DNA of 64,000 nucleotides, from positions 9,054,634 through 9,118,633 of the forward strand of contig CP154954.1 of assembly GCA_039621445.1 (NCBI GenBank), read 5' to 3'. How positions within the stretch are numbered: position 1 is the stretch's first letter; each line of letters starts with the position of its first letter. The DNA comes from Euglena gracilis. Lineage: Eukaryota. The position numbers and the translations under genes were made by a program. Under the pieces are notes generated by a model. The model had not been told where the DNA came from, searched no databases, and saw only the letters and a program-made list of their open reading frames with translations. This document shows, one piece after another, positions 29,623-44,712 of the stretch.

Positions 29623-32600
29623 CCCTGGGTCCTTAAAAAAAACAAGAGTGTGTCGTGAGAGGCTCCTCACCAGGGGCTGATGGTTGACCCCAGCATTATT
29701 TCAAGAAATCATCATCCCACATATGCCGAAGCAGACGCGAAATGCTCTTTGCCCTGGTTTTTTTGAATTTTTTTTTCCACCTGTGAGTTCCATGCCCCTC
29801 CCCCAGGGATGGATGGGAAGCCCTTCGGTATTGAGGTAGGTGGTAGGGGGGTGTCCCGACCACCCCCCCCCCTGGGGGGGTAAGGTGGTAGGGGGGGGTC
29901 CAGCCCACCCCCCCCCCCCTAGATGTTGGGAGGGGCGATCCGGACACCCCCACCACCCCCTCCTTGACAGGTGCCAAAAATAGCAGAAAATTTTCTTCCG
30001 GCGCTGCGCGCCGGAAAATGAGCAAAAAACACCCCTTTTGCTGACTTTTGGCCATATTGCCCATTTTTGGATGTGTTGGTGTTTTCCCCCAAAAACATGT
30101 TCAAAAAAATTCAAAAAATGAGCATTTTTGGATCGATTTTCAAAGAAAAATCAGGGATTTTTGACCGATTCCAACCCGATTTCCGGCCCTTTGCCCGTCC
30201 ATGAAATCGAAAAAAATTTCGGCCCCCCCCCAGTTTCCAGGTAGGAGGGGGGGGGCCGACCCACCCCCCCCTCCCTCCGTCCCGGGAGGGGGGGGTCCGA
30301 CCCCCCCCCCCCCCCTCAAGGCTTCCCATCCATCCCTGCCCTCCCCCCAATAGTGTCCCATACCCCACCCCCACCCCCCGCCTCGGGACCCGAACAGCTG
30401 GTGCTAAAGGAATTTTATTGACCCCCCCCCCCCCCCCGATAGTGTCCATACCCACCCTGTGGTTCAGCCGGGTATGGGACATCATCGGGGGGGGGGGCAC
30501 GGGTGTAGGGATGTTCAGTAAAGGCAAAGCGGCCGTCATGTTGGGTACGAGGCACTAAAGAATCCATACCCCCCCAATTGGAAGCCCTTCAGGTTTCCTG
30601 TCAAAACACCGAACAAGTCCACACAGCAAACAGGGCCAAAATCTGCTGAAAAATTTGCACAAAAAACAGGTCTCATGGAGGGGATATGCGGAGTGCATAT
30701 TTTGCGCGCATTTCGCATATTTTGCATTTTTTATTATTATTTATTATTCATTCATTTATTATTCATTATTTTTTTATTTTGTGTATTTTTTGGCCAAACA
30801 GTGCATATGTCACACACTTTGTGAGGATATTTTGTCTGTTGCCACGTGTGTTTTGACCGCAAAATTTTTGAAATTTTGGGGGCAACCAAAATGGCCCCGA
30901 AATGGCCTGAAATGGTCAAAAACATCTGAAAACGGCATATCAGTGGCCTGAAATGACTTGCCACGTCACCTGAACACAACCAAAAATGATATGCTTTCCG
31001 CAGCTTTTCAGCACAATTTTTCACAAATTTTAGTGCATATTTTGTGGTCCCCCCACCTGAGGTCTCCAAATTTGATTTTTCTTTGCGTATTTTATTCCGG
31101 GGATTTATCAGGCCCAGAGGGTGACCTTACCACACAGTTTTTTTTTAATTTTAAAAAGTCCTCTCTCGTCTGCTTGGTTCAAGTCCAAAAGGTTTTGGTT
31201 GTGGTTGCAGTGGTTCAGTTGGTCATTTCCAGGGGTTTTTTTTAGTCTTGGACCCCCTCCCCCTGGGGGGGGGTCCCTTGGACCCCCTCCCCGGATAGGG
31301 GCTGGTGGGTATATCTTTTTCGGCGCCGGAATTTTTTTGAAAAATGTGCTATTTTTAGCATTTTTTGCGGTGGGTCCCCCGGACCCACCCACCTCCCGGG
31401 TGGCGGGGGTTTTGTCCCAGGGGTGGGGGGGTTGCCGACCCCATCCCCCCGGCCTTACCTCACCCCCCCCCCCTTGTCCAACGACCACCCCCCCCCAGTC
31501 AGTAGCGATCTTTTTCCAGGTGATCTTTTTTTCCAGGTGTTCGCGTTCTTACCTCCAGCCTTTTCTTACAACTTTCATGGCGGATTTATACCTGTGTGTA
31601 TATACCTGCCCCCCCATTGTCTGACCTCCCCCCCCTTGTCGTTGACACGGCGTGTCGTTGACCCCCCCCCCCGCTTCAACGACACTTTTCTGGAACACTA
31701 CCTATTGAATCACAGTGACATTGACATGGCGTGTCGTTGACACACCCCCTGTGTCAACGGCACTCTCCTGGAACATTGACAAGGGGGGGGAGGTGGCACC
31801 CTTGTCTAAGCACCCCCCCGGTTCTTACCCATCTTTTTAAAGGTCACCTTGTTTGGTGGATATCACATATTGTTTTACATCTTACCCCAAAAGTTCCGCT
31901 TGGTGTAGAACAGAAAGCGTAGTTTTACCACGATGCCACTGTAAGACTCCACCGAGTGTGACCATCTGTCTCTGTGCTGCATTGCCATGTTGATGGAACG
32001 TTACAAGGTTTTTTTTTTACCTCTTACGGCGCGAAGCACCGATTTTTGGGGCGGTAATACGTTTTCCCCCCTTGTCTAAGCACCCCCCCCCCAGTTCTTA
32101 CCCATCTTTTCTGGTTCTTAGACAAGGGGGGTACATGTGCTAATGTGATGTGTGCTATAGATGTGATGTTGGGTTGGATTTCTTGTGCATCCAGTACGAG
32201 CGCAATGGCAGTCTTTTGCTCAGCCAGAATCTGAGTGTTGTGGCCATGTCAGGCAAAGGAAACTTTTTTCTTCACCTTGAGGCGAAGCGGGAGAAAGTGT
32301 TTTTGGCCCCGGTCTTGTCTAGCGACCACCCCCCCTGGTCAGTAGCGATATTTGGCCAAAATAGCTACCCCCCCCCAGTCAGTGGCGATATTCAGTGGTT
32401 GTTGGACAGGGGGGGGGGGTAAAAGAACCCCTGGTCAATTCCCTCTGTTCCACAAGAGCATTTCCTCATCATCATGCATATAAAAGCCAAACCAACCGAC
32501 AACACAACTGTACTTGTAGTTTGGTGGCCCATGTTGTCTGCAAATCGGGCCTATTACCTTTCTGTGTTGCTGTCAGCTTTGTTTCTTCACCTGTTCCAAA

Positions 32601-35245
32601 CTCCCACTGATTTGAAAGTGAAGATGAAATGGGAGGCAGAGACGAACTCAGAACCACCAGAACAATCGAATGACTCTGAAAAAAACTTTTCTCCCCCGAA
32701 TTTGGACAAACCCAAAGCATGTTCCTCACAGAAGAACGACGGAATGCCCAAATTGTGCAAAAATAGCAGCAGAGGCACTCTGGAAAGTGAAACAAAAATG
32801 AGGATTTCAGCAAGAAGTTTTTCAAGGATGATCCCCACAAGCATTCAGTAAGGTTGCATCCTCCCCTCTCACCCCCCTGTTCTTCTCAGTCTTTCCTCCT
32901 TTTCTTTTCTTTGCACAAGGGATCAGGTCCATTGTGGGCACATTCACCCCCGTCAAGCAGCGACATGCACCATCCATAGCGCACAGGATTACGGAAGCGG
33001 AATGCAATCCCTTCCGTCCCTTCGCTCTCATTTTGCACGCGACCAAAGTGGGAGTTCAGTGAACCCCCAGGGCGACTGGATCTCCCCTGGCATGTCTTCT
33101 TGTCTTTCTTCTCTTCTGGTCCACGTTTGTGTTTGCAAAAATGTGCCATTGATGGGCTCATTGCGGGAAATTGGTGATGGATTTTTGGTGGTAGCGACTA
33201 GTCGCTAGCGACCATTGGTGGTCGGGCCGACCACCAATAATAAGTCCACCCCCCCCTCTAAAGAAATTTTTAAGCCCCCCCCCCCCAAATTTTTCAGTCA
33301 AATGTGAAGGAAAATGACTCAAAACCCACCCAAATGCCTTCCAAAACCTCCATTTGGGGGTTAATTTGCAATTTGTGCAAGGCAAAGATGGCCGAGTTGG
33401 GCTGGCTCGAGAAGAATTCAAGATAATTCATGGTTTTCGACATGGGATTTGAAGAATTCAAGCAAACACCTGAATTTTTCCCACTCAGGGTTTTTGCCTC
33501 TGCCAAGTGTGAAGTTCGGCTCCCAGTCGCCCTGCTTCGTCTTGCATATATTTCGCTGCGTATTTGTCCAGTCAGCGATTCGGGCCTAAATGGGATCTCA
33601 TCCAATTCTCAGCAGGAAAGGAACTCTGGATGCAAGGATACAGGTGTTGTGAATCTGACTCTACCCCATGTGCAGGGGGGGGGGGGGATGCGCTGCGCAT
33701 TTTTGCGCATTTTTGTCATTTTTTTCAAAAATGCGCATTTTTTTCCATTCTCCCACTTTTTTTTTTTACACTTTTTGGAGGCATTTTGTCAATATTGTCC
33801 ATGTTGTCCACATTGTCCATATGCCAAAAACAACACTTGACATTGATGTTCTTCAATACCGTTCTTCAACACCAACCAAACCACATGCTCACCGAATTTT
33901 GCCCACATTCAACTAACCCATTTCTATAACCAACAAACCCATTTCCGCACTTTTTTCCACCCAAGGGACCCGCCTCAAGAAAAAACCGTTGGGTGATGAG
34001 GTGTGGGTACTCATCCAACGATGATGAGGACACCAGGGTTTTCAGAGACCCCACATCGAATCCTTCTCCCCTCGTCACAAGTAAGGGGCAACCATGGCTG
34101 ACATTGTTGGTTATGGTGGACAGAGAGTGACGCCTTGCTTGTGCATTTTTTTTTTGACCAAAACTGCCTTCATTTCAGCTGTTTTTGGTGATTTTGGTTT
34201 AATTTTGGGTTTATTGTTGGAAATCTTTCCAAGTCTTTTTTCCCTTAGGAATGTACAAACTCAGCGAATTTTTGCACATTTTTTCCGAGGGCCGTCCAGC
34301 GCATTCCCCCCCCCCTGGCATGTGATTGTACCGGATCAGCCCAGCCGGCGCAAAAGGGAATATTGAGCAATTGTCTGGAGTCATTTGAATGTGTGTATTG
34401 GGAAGTTTTTTTTTTGTTTGGGGACCACCCAGGATGGATGTGAAATATTTGCGCAAAGCGATGTACTTGCAGCGATCAATTTGTGTTGGGACTTGGTGTC
34501 GTGCAAGGATGGATGGGTGTGGCCCGCCTATCTCATGCCTTGATTCATATGAGATCAGTGGGAATCTCAGTTCCCCCCCAATCATATTCCATGGATGCCC
34601 ACCTGGCATTATGGGTTGTCACCCCACTTTGGGGACAGAACACCATGCACGCATCAGGCTTCATTACTTCATTATCAAAGTTGCATATTAGATGGGGTCA
34701 TATCATCAGGGATTTCCAAATTAACTGCAGTCAGGGCTTGCCAAAACACATTTGGGTCAAAAATTGATGTTTTTTGCATAATTGGTGGCTTTCGGGGCAT
34801 TCTGGCAGTTTCGGTTTTTTGGACCTTTTTTTGACGGCCCATCTTCACTGGGAACCCCGGTGGGGGGGGGGGGGGGGCTCAGCTAGCAGCCTTCTCCCAG
34901 GCAGCCCAAAACAGGGTTTTTTTTAGTCTTGCACTTGTGGGTGGGCAGGATGGGTGGGTCCGTGTGAGCCCCCCCCCCCCCCCCCCGGGGGGGGTGGTTT
35001 ATGTTTGGCGCCGAAAATTTTTGGGGAAAGTGTTACCCCCCTCCCCTGGGGGGACCCACAGCTTTTACCCGAAAATGGCCAAAATCACGAAAAATGCTTA
35101 AAATAGCCCCTTTTTCAAAATTTTCGCCGAAAAGTATATCCCACCCCCACCTGGGGGAGGGGGGCTCGGCCAGACCCCCCCCCCCCGGGGTCGAAGACTA
35201 AAACAAACCCCTGCACCCATCCAGCCTGGTGAAGGACCCTCCCAA

Positions 35246-35490
35246 CAGGCTTCTTTTTAAGTCACCTGCCCCCCCCCCCCCGGGGGAGGGTGGGTGGGTC
35301 CGGGCCGGACCCCCCCCTGGGGGGGGGGTCCCGCGCCAGAGGCGCTGGGTATACCTTTTCGGCGCAAAGCGCCGAAAATTTTTGAAAATTGCCTTTAACG
35401 GGCCCGATTTTGGGGGGTCCCCCCCCCCCGGGGGGGTCCGGCGCCACCCTGGGTGGGTGGCCCCCCCCGGGGGTCTTAAAAAGAAGCCTG
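35246..35490. mobile_element. hAT-like MITE
   Basis: TIRs CAGGCTTCTTTTTAAG and CTTAAAAAGAAGCCTG. Perfect 8-bp TSD CCTCCCAA. Related ends at about 15550 and 15832. Confidence 0.88.
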
Positions 35491-38346
35491 CCTCCCAAAC
35501 TTGGGCAACCTGAAAGTATTTTTCAAAAAAATTTTAGCACTTTGTGCCAGGGGAAGGGATGTCCGGCACCATCCCAGGCCCCCGGCAATTTTTGGGTATT
35601 AGGTCAAAAAAATTGAAATAACGTAAAAACCCCTCAATGGGGGGTGCCCTCACGATCCAACCAGGGTGTGGCTTGACAAGCCCCCCCCCCCCAGGCACAG
35701 CTGAGAGGCTGCAAAGTTGTGGGCCAGGGGCTTTGGGGTTTTTTTAAGACTGGGGGGGAGGGGGGTCAAATTTTTTCTTTCGCACTGGGGCGAAAATCGG
35801 TCACTGGACTGCCCCACTGTTTAGGTGGGGGGGGGGTCCCCCCCAGGGTTGTCGTTTTTTTTGTTTTTTTTAAACAAAGCAAAAAAACATGTTTTTTTAA
35901 AAAAAACACCAAAAAACATGTTTTTTTTGAAAAAGCAAAAATTGGCCTTTTTCCTTGTGAAATGGCCATTTTTTCGAGGAAAAAGTTCTGGGGGTGGTTC
36001 GGGTCACGGGGGAACACCACATTTTCGGTGGCCAAATTAGGAATCATTGAAAACGAATTTTGGGGGGAAATCCTTAAATTAGGAACCCCCACACCTAAAA
36101 ATAGGGTTTTGCATCCCAAAATTTGCAAAATTTATGCCTCAAAATCAGGAATCTAGCTGAATATTTTGTAGAAAAAAAATTGGCCGAAAAGGATCTTAGG
36201 TCGGGTCACGGGGGGGGGGGGGGTTCGCTGACCCCCCCCCCATCCAAATAACTGGCGGAGTGCCATGTTATTGGCTGAAGTTGACCAATTGACCAGGGGG
36301 GGGTTTTGGAGTTTTTTTTCCAAAAATTTTGTCACTGGAAAAAAAGTCCGACAGCAAGCCCTGCTAAACCCGCCCCCCCCCCCCAAATAACCTGGCGGGG
36401 CCCTGGCAATGGCGGCAGGGGGAGGGGCAATAAAGAAGCTTCCAGTAACTTGGCACCCCCTTTTTAAGGAAAATTCCTTTACGACGCTGAAAAAAGTGCC
36501 CAAATAACCTGGCGGGGGGGGGGCGTTCCATCGGCTGACCGAGTAGGGAGAATACAAATGAGGCCTGAGTTTGACCCAAAGAATTGCAGTTATTCATACC
36601 TATTGGCAGTGCCACGTGCTATGGAATCAGCGAGAACAGCGTTGCCGAACATCCGCCGCTGTTTGCCCTCCAGCTTTGCGAAACTTTGCCATCGCCACAA
36701 AAAAGAATCAAGGTGTTTTCCAGTTTCAAGATCTGATGTCATCATATCAATCAAGACCAGTTTCACTCTGATGTCAACACATGTTGCCATGTCATAGCTG
36801 GCACTTCGTTTAAAACGAAGTCAAAAAAAAAACAGGTTTTTTTAAAAAAAATATGTTTTTTTTAAAAAACAGGCAAAAAATTTTTTTGCCTTTGGTTTTA
36901 GCTTTTTTTGCCCAAGACACCAAATTTGGGATGTTTCAAGTTAGTTTGGAATGGTTTCAAGCCAAAATGGCAGAAAAATGCCCTATTTTGACCATTCTTG
37001 TTGAAGGCAACCAAAAGTATTGGTTTTCAAGCCACTTGAGCTAAGATTGGTTCACCCTTGCGATCAAAGGCAAAATTTGGACCATCATTTTCCCTTTTGT
37101 TTTTTTTGCCGTTTTTTTTGCCCGTTTTTTTTAATAAAAAACAAAAAACGTTTAAAAGAAAACAAAGGAAAAAAAAAAAACGTCAGCTACGCGCCATGTC
37201 CAAGTAACTTCCGCGAAGGGCTGAGTCAACCATACCGTAGGCTTTGTGGGTCCCTGTCGCCGAGCACCTTCGCCGATGCAGCGCGGTGAGGGAGTTTTGG
37301 AGGCCAAAGGTGTGGTGCCGATGCAGGGCGATGCGGGGAGTTTTTTTTGATTTTTTGGAAGCGGGGATTTTGGATGGCTGAAGAGGGGTCCATATTTGGG
37401 CCCCTGCTGCGTGGTGCACCCTCCCTCCCCCGCAGACCACTCCAGCCTGCCCTTCATGTCTGCCCGTGCCTCTGCCTCTGCCGCCGCGCTGGACCTCTCC
37501 GTCCCCTCCGGGAGGTGTGTGACTCCCCTGGAGCCGAAGGTATCGTGCCCTGCTACATACCTGCGTACCGCCTCACATTGGAGCTTGCTTCGTACCTGGG
37601 TCGGCGATGTTCCTCCTTCTTTCCCTAAGTTTCACTCCCTGGAGTGGGTGCACCGCTGGGAGAGGGAGGTTATGGGGGGAATCTTAAGGTGTAAGATAAA
37701 CGGGCGACTGTAGTTGCGGTTGTAGGCATGTGCATGATCATTTGCATCCGTGGATGCTTGTCGGGCATGTGAATCTGAGGATGCTTGTAGGGTGCGCATG
37801 TGCGCACGTGTAGGGTGCGCATACTGCGCCTTTGGAAGGATTGGCATCCAACGAGCCGCAAATTTAGTACACAAAGTCGCGAGTCCCGGGACCCCCGGGA
37901 AGTGTGACCCCCAAAAGCCTTTGCTGATAGTGCCCCTGCTGTATTTGTGTGCCTGATTTCTACACGAGTCGCATGCCGCCTTGTGCACAGGAAACGGCTG
38001 CAGCCAATGGATGCCCTACCCCCCACCTGCGTGGCAGTGTGCCAGGGGTATTTGGACAAGCTCGAGAGGGCAGAGGCCCAGTGACACTGTCATTTTCGGT
38101 GCTGTCACCTTGACCCTGACACTAACCTTCACCTCACCGTGACTGACTCTGTGCTTCCCTGTGTGCTGTATGCTCTTTTTTAGTGTGGCCGATGCAAAGT
38201 GTGCAAAGTGTGAGCAACGAGGATTTTGTGTGGATGTGCCTGATGGTTGCCTGAGGGTTGACTGTAAGGTTACCTGGGGGTTGCCTGAGGTTCGGGCTAG
38301 GAACCTTGGTCTTCGGTTATAGGGCACCATTGGATGGCTCTAGGAC

Positions 38347-38405
38347 GATGCAGGGCGATGCAGGGCGATGCAGGGCGATGCAGGGCGATGCAGAGCGATG
38401 CGGGG
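38347..38405 (+). repeat. 10-bp tandem repeat (GATGCAGGGC)n
   Basis: About six units read directly. Confidence 0.85.
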
Positions 38406-40375
38406 CCCAAAGGGGCGGGTGACTGAAGGTGCGTCTAACTACATGGCTTGCTTGTCGTGAAATCAAATCACCTCCTCGCGCGCAAGGGCTTCCGAGAAGA
38501 AAGAGGCCTCGTTTTACAGTTTTTTTTGGGTGTGGCCACCATGGCGCATCTGCCGCACGTCGCGTCGTAGTCCATTGGCAGTGGCTTGTCGGGCATGTGA
38601 ATCTGAGGATGCTTGTAGGGTGCGCATGTGCGCACGTAGGGTGCGCATACTGCGCTTTTGGAAGGTGCCGTCACCCCCAAAAGGGACACGCGCGGCTCCC
38701 CGCGACAGAAGTATACCATCGAAGATGGTTTGTAGTTCAGTTGCGCCCGCACTTTTGACGATTTTGACCAGCACTTTTTCCGCCATTAGACAATTAGAAA
38801 CAGCCAACTCCGGAAAATTAAGCACTGAAGGGCCTAGCCTTCCCAAAAAAAATTGGCCTTCAAAAACCCGGAGAGCCAGAGAGGTGTTACCCCAAATCAC
38901 CCTGCCGCTTTTTTTTTGTTTTTCAGTCTATTTCAAATTGCGTGCGGAGATTCTAAAGACTCACAGATCCAACGTGCCACGGCCATTTTTTCCCCATGCT
39001 CCTCGGGGGCTTGCGGCGTAAACCCTCGCGCCCCCAACAATTAACTGTTGGGTGACCATGCGGCCTCCCCCAACACCTTCGGCAGATTGCCTCCCCCACT
39101 TTCCAGGCGGCCAAGGGGTGACGCTTTTGAGCCTGGAAGGTCTGCCGGCCCAAATGGCCTGACCAAGCGAGGCACTGAAAAAAATCTACGCTTTTCAAAT
39201 AAGTGTATTTGGACATTTTTTTTAATCGTGGTGGCGTAATTTGGCCAGATCTCCGGCAAGGCGTGGTATTGCAGGGAATGGGGGTGGGGGGAACCGTGGG
39301 ATAGGACGGTTAATCGGGCTTCAATTTTCGGTCCCAGAAGTTTACTTTCTTTCACGGAACTTTTTTGACAATGATTGCGCATTTTTTTTTGCGACCAGAT
39401 ATGGCCAAATTGGCCATCTCCAGCCAGGCGGGTGCGCGAAAACAAATTTCAACAGGGCGCTCTAAGGGCTCAATTCAATGTTCGAACTTTTTTTAAATTT
39501 TTGTTAAAAGGTTTTGGAAGAAGAAAAAAAGCGGGCCAAAATTGGCCAAAAAAGCGTGTCAAAAAAAAACGGGCTGAGGAAAGGTGGCGTTGGCCAAAAC
39601 TTGTTGAGCTCAGACGAGTCCTCCAAACGCTGGTCGGCCAAAGTCCTGGCACCAGAAAATTGGCAGCGGTGGCGTCGAGTGTGTGTGTGTGCAGACAGTT
39701 CCCCGATGGTCACCGCTGCTTGTTCTCTCCGACGAGGCTCTCCATGAAACTGAAGCTGGACATGCTGCCCGTGGCGGCGTGGGCGAAATTGAGGAACGCC
39801 GTGGGGACCTGGAGAGAGCGCAGTGGGGGGACAAGCAGGGCTGGACGGACGGGAAAGCCTGGTGGGGGGTGGACCCCCCCACCTCCAGCAGCTCAAATCC
39901 AGCCAGCAGCCCAAATTCGGGCTGGGAGCCCCCCCCGGGGGGGTCGAGTGAAATAAAGTTGTGTCCTGCCCGGCCGGAGGCCGGGCCAGCCGGCCGCCGG
40001 CTGGCCACCTGTCCCTGGATTTTTTTCGGTAATTTGGCTGTTCCTCCAGTCCCGATCCAGCCTTGTTCCAGCTCCGGCTTAAGAAAACCCCTGATACCGA
40101 CCCCTCGGGATTTCAAGAAACGTAAAAGCGATGTACCGACCCGTTATTGCCAATGGGGCAGGGATTTAACTTAGGCGGCACATCTCGCACTTAAGCTTTT
40201 TTTCTTTGTCGATGTGCGCAATTGCGCAAATCGACATTTTTTACAATTTTCTTGAAGCGCCGAAAGCACCTGGTGAAACAGCAAGGTATGAGGTTCGCAC
40301 CTCACGATACAGGGTAGGAAACACACAGGTTTCAAGCCATGATCCTAACGAGTGTGAAACATCTGGAGTGGACAG

Positions 40376-42051
40376 TGTGAGCGCGGGCCAGATTTGAGAT
40401 TTATTTTTTTAAGAGACGCCAGCAGAAATTAAGCATTGCCTCACAGAGATTTTGGGGAATTACATTTTTCACAGGCAAGCTGGCAAACAGTGTACAAGTT
40501 TGCGTGGGACTCTGAACTGGATTCAAAGTATCAAGTCTTGTCTTCTGGGGTGCTGTGTGGGGAAGTTTGTGAAGAAGACCCCTGAAGGCTGAAAAGTTGG
40601 AATTGGCCAGAAGTCTGATGTAGTGAAATTATCTGGACACACTGGACCATCCACCAACTTGCACAAACTTGTATGAGATTTGCAGTGCAGAAAAGCCCCG
40701 TACAAACGTACCTGTGGAGCCAGGGGACACTCAGAAGTGAAAAGGCATGGAAGTGGCAGGCCAGCTCAGCAGCAAAAGGGGGACAAGGCAGAGGAAGACA
40801 CCAGTTGGCACACAGTGAGATGCTGTGTTGGGCCACCATGATCAACTCTCCAGATCAAGCTAGCAGCAGGTGATCCTGGAGTTGGTGCTGCTGTGGATCT
40901 TGGTTGGAGCCTGGGCTGAAGGACAGACGAATGTCAATCACAGCCCGCCATCATCATCAATAATCTATCACAATCTCCAAAATGTCTGTCAAGATGTCAT
41001 TTCAGGGTCAAGTTCAAGTCAAGATGTCAAGTTCAATTTCAAGATCCCAAGGAATCTGTGGTGGAAGAAAGTTGTCACGTCAAGATTTCAATTTCCCAAG
41101 GTCAACCTGTGAAGGAGTTCTGTCATCATTTCCAAGATTCCAAGTTCCCAAGGTCAATCTGTGGAGGATCCAAGGTGTGATGTTCAAGATTTCAAGTTCC
41201 CAAGTTCAAGATGTCAAGTTTCAACGTCATTGGTCAAGTTCCCCCTGGAGATTTCGGCGCGAGGAGCCTGACCTCGTAAAAAACAGTGATCAGGGTTGTG
41301 CAACAGCCCTACAAATGCACATCTTGTGACCATCTTCGAGTTCGTCTACCTGTTGCTTCTGTGATGGCTGTGGTGTGTGCCGCCTCCCCGTTCGGTGCTG
41401 GGCCGCTTCAAGGGGGCTCTGCTCCGGTTTGGCTCGGCGGGGGTCGCCGAAGCCCCGGCTGGACCCCATGGGGGGTCATGTTGTACGGGGTAGGTCGTAG
41501 GACATGGCTCTCTAAGGTGGAAAGGCTGGGTGGAGGTAGGCGGGCCCCACATGGTATTTATCTGTGGATTTGGACATGTTTACGATTATCTGTGGATTCG
41601 AAGATTTTACAATTTAAATGTGAGAACCGCCATTCGTCACTTTTCCATGTCGCTGCTGCGTGTGTGTGTGTGTGTGTGTGTTGAATTTTTATCTCCCGCC
41701 CGCTCATTTTTTACTTCCGTTTTGGACAATTGCCTGGCAATTGTTTTTTGGGAAAGGGGGTGTGAGCGCGGGCCAGATTTGAGACTTATTTTTGTAAGAG
41801 ACGCCAGCAGAAATTAAGCATTGCCTCACAGAGATTTTGGGGAATTACATTTTTCACAGGCAAGCTGGCAAACAGTGTACAAGTTTGCGTGGGACTCTGA
41901 ACTGGATTCAAAGTATCAAGTCTTGTCTTCTGGGGTGCTGTGTGGGGAAGTTTGGGAAGAAGACCCCTGAAGGCTGAAAAGTTGGAATTGGCCAGAAGTC
42001 TGATGTGGTGAAATTATCTGGACACACTGGACCATCCCCCAACTTGCAACA
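40376..42051 (+). mobile_element. Possible non-autonomous LTR element (LTR 40376-41305; internally deleted LTR 41761-42051)
   Basis: About 290-bp direct repeat starting TGTGAGCGCG, with both copies ending in TGCAACA. Purine tract GGGAAAGGGGG precedes the second copy. No PBS or clean TSD seen. Confidence 0.5.
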
Positions 42052-44712
42052 GGCTGGTGTTGTTGTCTGTGAAACAGGTGGGTTGTACACCCTGGCAGTT
42101 GCAATGACGTATTTTGATGTGTCTGTGCTTCCTTTAACTGCAGGGTGATGCACACCTGTTTGAATGCGACCGACGTTTTTTGGACAATGCGATGTGCAGG
42201 TAAATGGGACGATAATTGTGGCATAAAAAACCAGAACTCTGCCGCTACAAGACGGATCAAAACGTGTGACCAGCGATGGAACACTCACTTGACACATATT
42301 TATGAAATGAGGGTCGATGTGCGCAAATGCACATTTGTATTTTGTGTAAATGGTTGGTGTGCGCATTTGCGCCATTTGTTGATGGTCGATGTGCGCAAAT
42401 GCGCACACCAACCACAAAAGTAAATAAGCGGTCGATGTGCGCATTGCGCACATCGATCACCTACATAAAATACACATGTAGTTGGTGCACACCAACCACG
42501 TCAAATTTGAGAAATATACTCACATTTTTGTATTACCTCACGAAACAAAACACCTGCCTTTTCTTGAATCTAGAAGGAAATTTTGTCCAAGGATTTTGAA
42601 TGGGTACCGATTGCAATGTGTGACAAAGAACGGTGGCTTGTAAATGCTCCTATATTGGACCACCAAATTATGGAGTGCTATTCATCCTTAACAGTTGATG
42701 TGCGAACTTGCGCACACCGACCAATGTGGGCACATCACTTTTGAAGGTGACAAAAGTTCTGGTTTTTTATACTATTCCCTTCTATACTGTTCCCTACATC
42801 GTTTCTGATGGCTAATTACCATTGGTTACCAGATGGGCTAATGGCCATTTTTTAGTCCCTTTGGTAGCATTCTGCCCATTACCCCCTCTGTATGGGCTAT
42901 TAGGCCTGGTACAGTTCAGAGGGCTATAGCGCCATTTCGACTCACTAGAATCATTTTTAGGAGCACTTATGTGCAAATTTTCATTTAAATCATTGATTTT
43001 GGTGATTTTTCCCAATTTTGGCACTCATATCCCTAATGGGAGTGACCATGAGGCACTATGCCGGAGTGGAATGCAAAGAGATATGCTGATAATGGCAATT
43101 TTTTCTTTGCTCAAGATGTCATAGACATGTTTTACTTGTATTTTCAAGCGTATTTTTGCTTTTTTGCGATTTTTTGCACAATTTTACAGCTTTTGGGGTG
43201 ATGTGGTGTTATTAGACCCCCAAATCCCAAAATCTATACAACAGCAAACATGCAGTGTTATTGGACACTCTCAACAAGCACTATGTGCACTTGGCAAATT
43301 TGCAGTCTTAAATGACTCAAAATGCAACAAAGTTGCACTTTTGGTGACAAAAATGCAATTCTCGACGCAGAATCTGCATTTCTGCCCTAAATCCTGATAG
43401 GGATTTCCCTAAAAATATGACAAAAGTCAGTATTTCTCAGTGGCATAGTCACTAATGATGAGATTTTGTCATATTTGCAGTATTTTTTTTGCTTACCACA
43501 CTAACGGCATTCTTGCCCCACCCCCCCCCCCCACTTTATTCAGTGGGACCCCCTTACCGATATAATTCGGAGGACCCAATGGTCATCATGTGCAACACCA
43601 ATGGTGTCATTCTGCAAGGTTTATAAGAACCATAGCTCAAAAATGGTGAAATCCAGCTTTTTGTGATGAATTTCACCGCACTGGAACAATGTTCCATCCT
43701 TTTATGTGCATTCACAGTTCATTTGCGGTTTTCAAAGTGGTATAAGCCACACGAACCGCAGTTGTTCTGTGAATTGGCAGCAGCCTGCCACAATTCCGCA
43801 TTTTTTTTCTGCGGGTGTACACCTCACCATGATTTTGTTGGTAATCTGCCGAATACTTTGATTCGGGTACACACCCAGTAGTATTTTTGTGCCATGCATA
43901 TTCCGCAAGGCAATGTTTCTGGGCGATAAAGCCTACCCCCCATTATTTTTGGCTAATGCCAACAATTCAGCCTACCGGCTGCACACCCAAGGCACAAGAT
44001 GCCAAATCTACATTTTTTAGGGCTATTGCCCACTATTATGAGGTATACGCCTCTGGGGATACCCCATCGACAACATCGTGCTCGCGCTGCACTGTGAAGA
44101 CTTCACAGCGGTATATGCCGCAGTAAGAAGACGCACAGCGTACAGCGCGCACACCGTAATAATAGGGCCAACTTGTTACTTTTCGGCCTTAAGGCCCACA
44201 TAAGACTGCCAGACAGCAAAAATTCTGCCTAAGGTCTTTGACCAGCCCCCCACTTCTCTCCTCTTCCCCCCCCGGGCAAAATATCGCTGTCGCCGGCAGT
44301 TGGTTTTGTAAATATGATTTCCTCCCTGGTCAGGTATGACTGGCCAGGTGCCCCTCCTTCCACACCCTACCCTTCAATCTTTTCCGATAATGGAATGAGA
44401 CCTCCCCGCGTGTCATAGACACACCCCAAACCGGGTGGATGGGACTTTCTGGAATGGAAACCTTCCAGCCCCATTTTCCAACGGGCTCTTCCACTTCCAC
44501 CCCTTTGTCGCAATAAGTAGGCACCGCATAAGCGGTTAACCTCTTTTGCGCGTTATTGCGTTATATCGCACCTTCCTTCCCACACCCCTGGTGACAGGAG
44601 AACCAAAAGCCGCATACGGCTCTGTGACAGATCCCCGTCCCCAGGACTGTGTCCGGCATTCCGACTAGCCTAGTCCAGTAGGGAAATCGGGCATAGCCCT
44701 GGGAGGGGGATG

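Noticed and set aside
15280-40200. Numerous Gly/Pro/Phe/Lys-rich ORFs
   Set aside because: They arise from G/C and A/T homopolymer runs in MITEs and have no protein motifs. Unique-looking patches at about 32400-34760 could hide exons, but I could not build a supported model.
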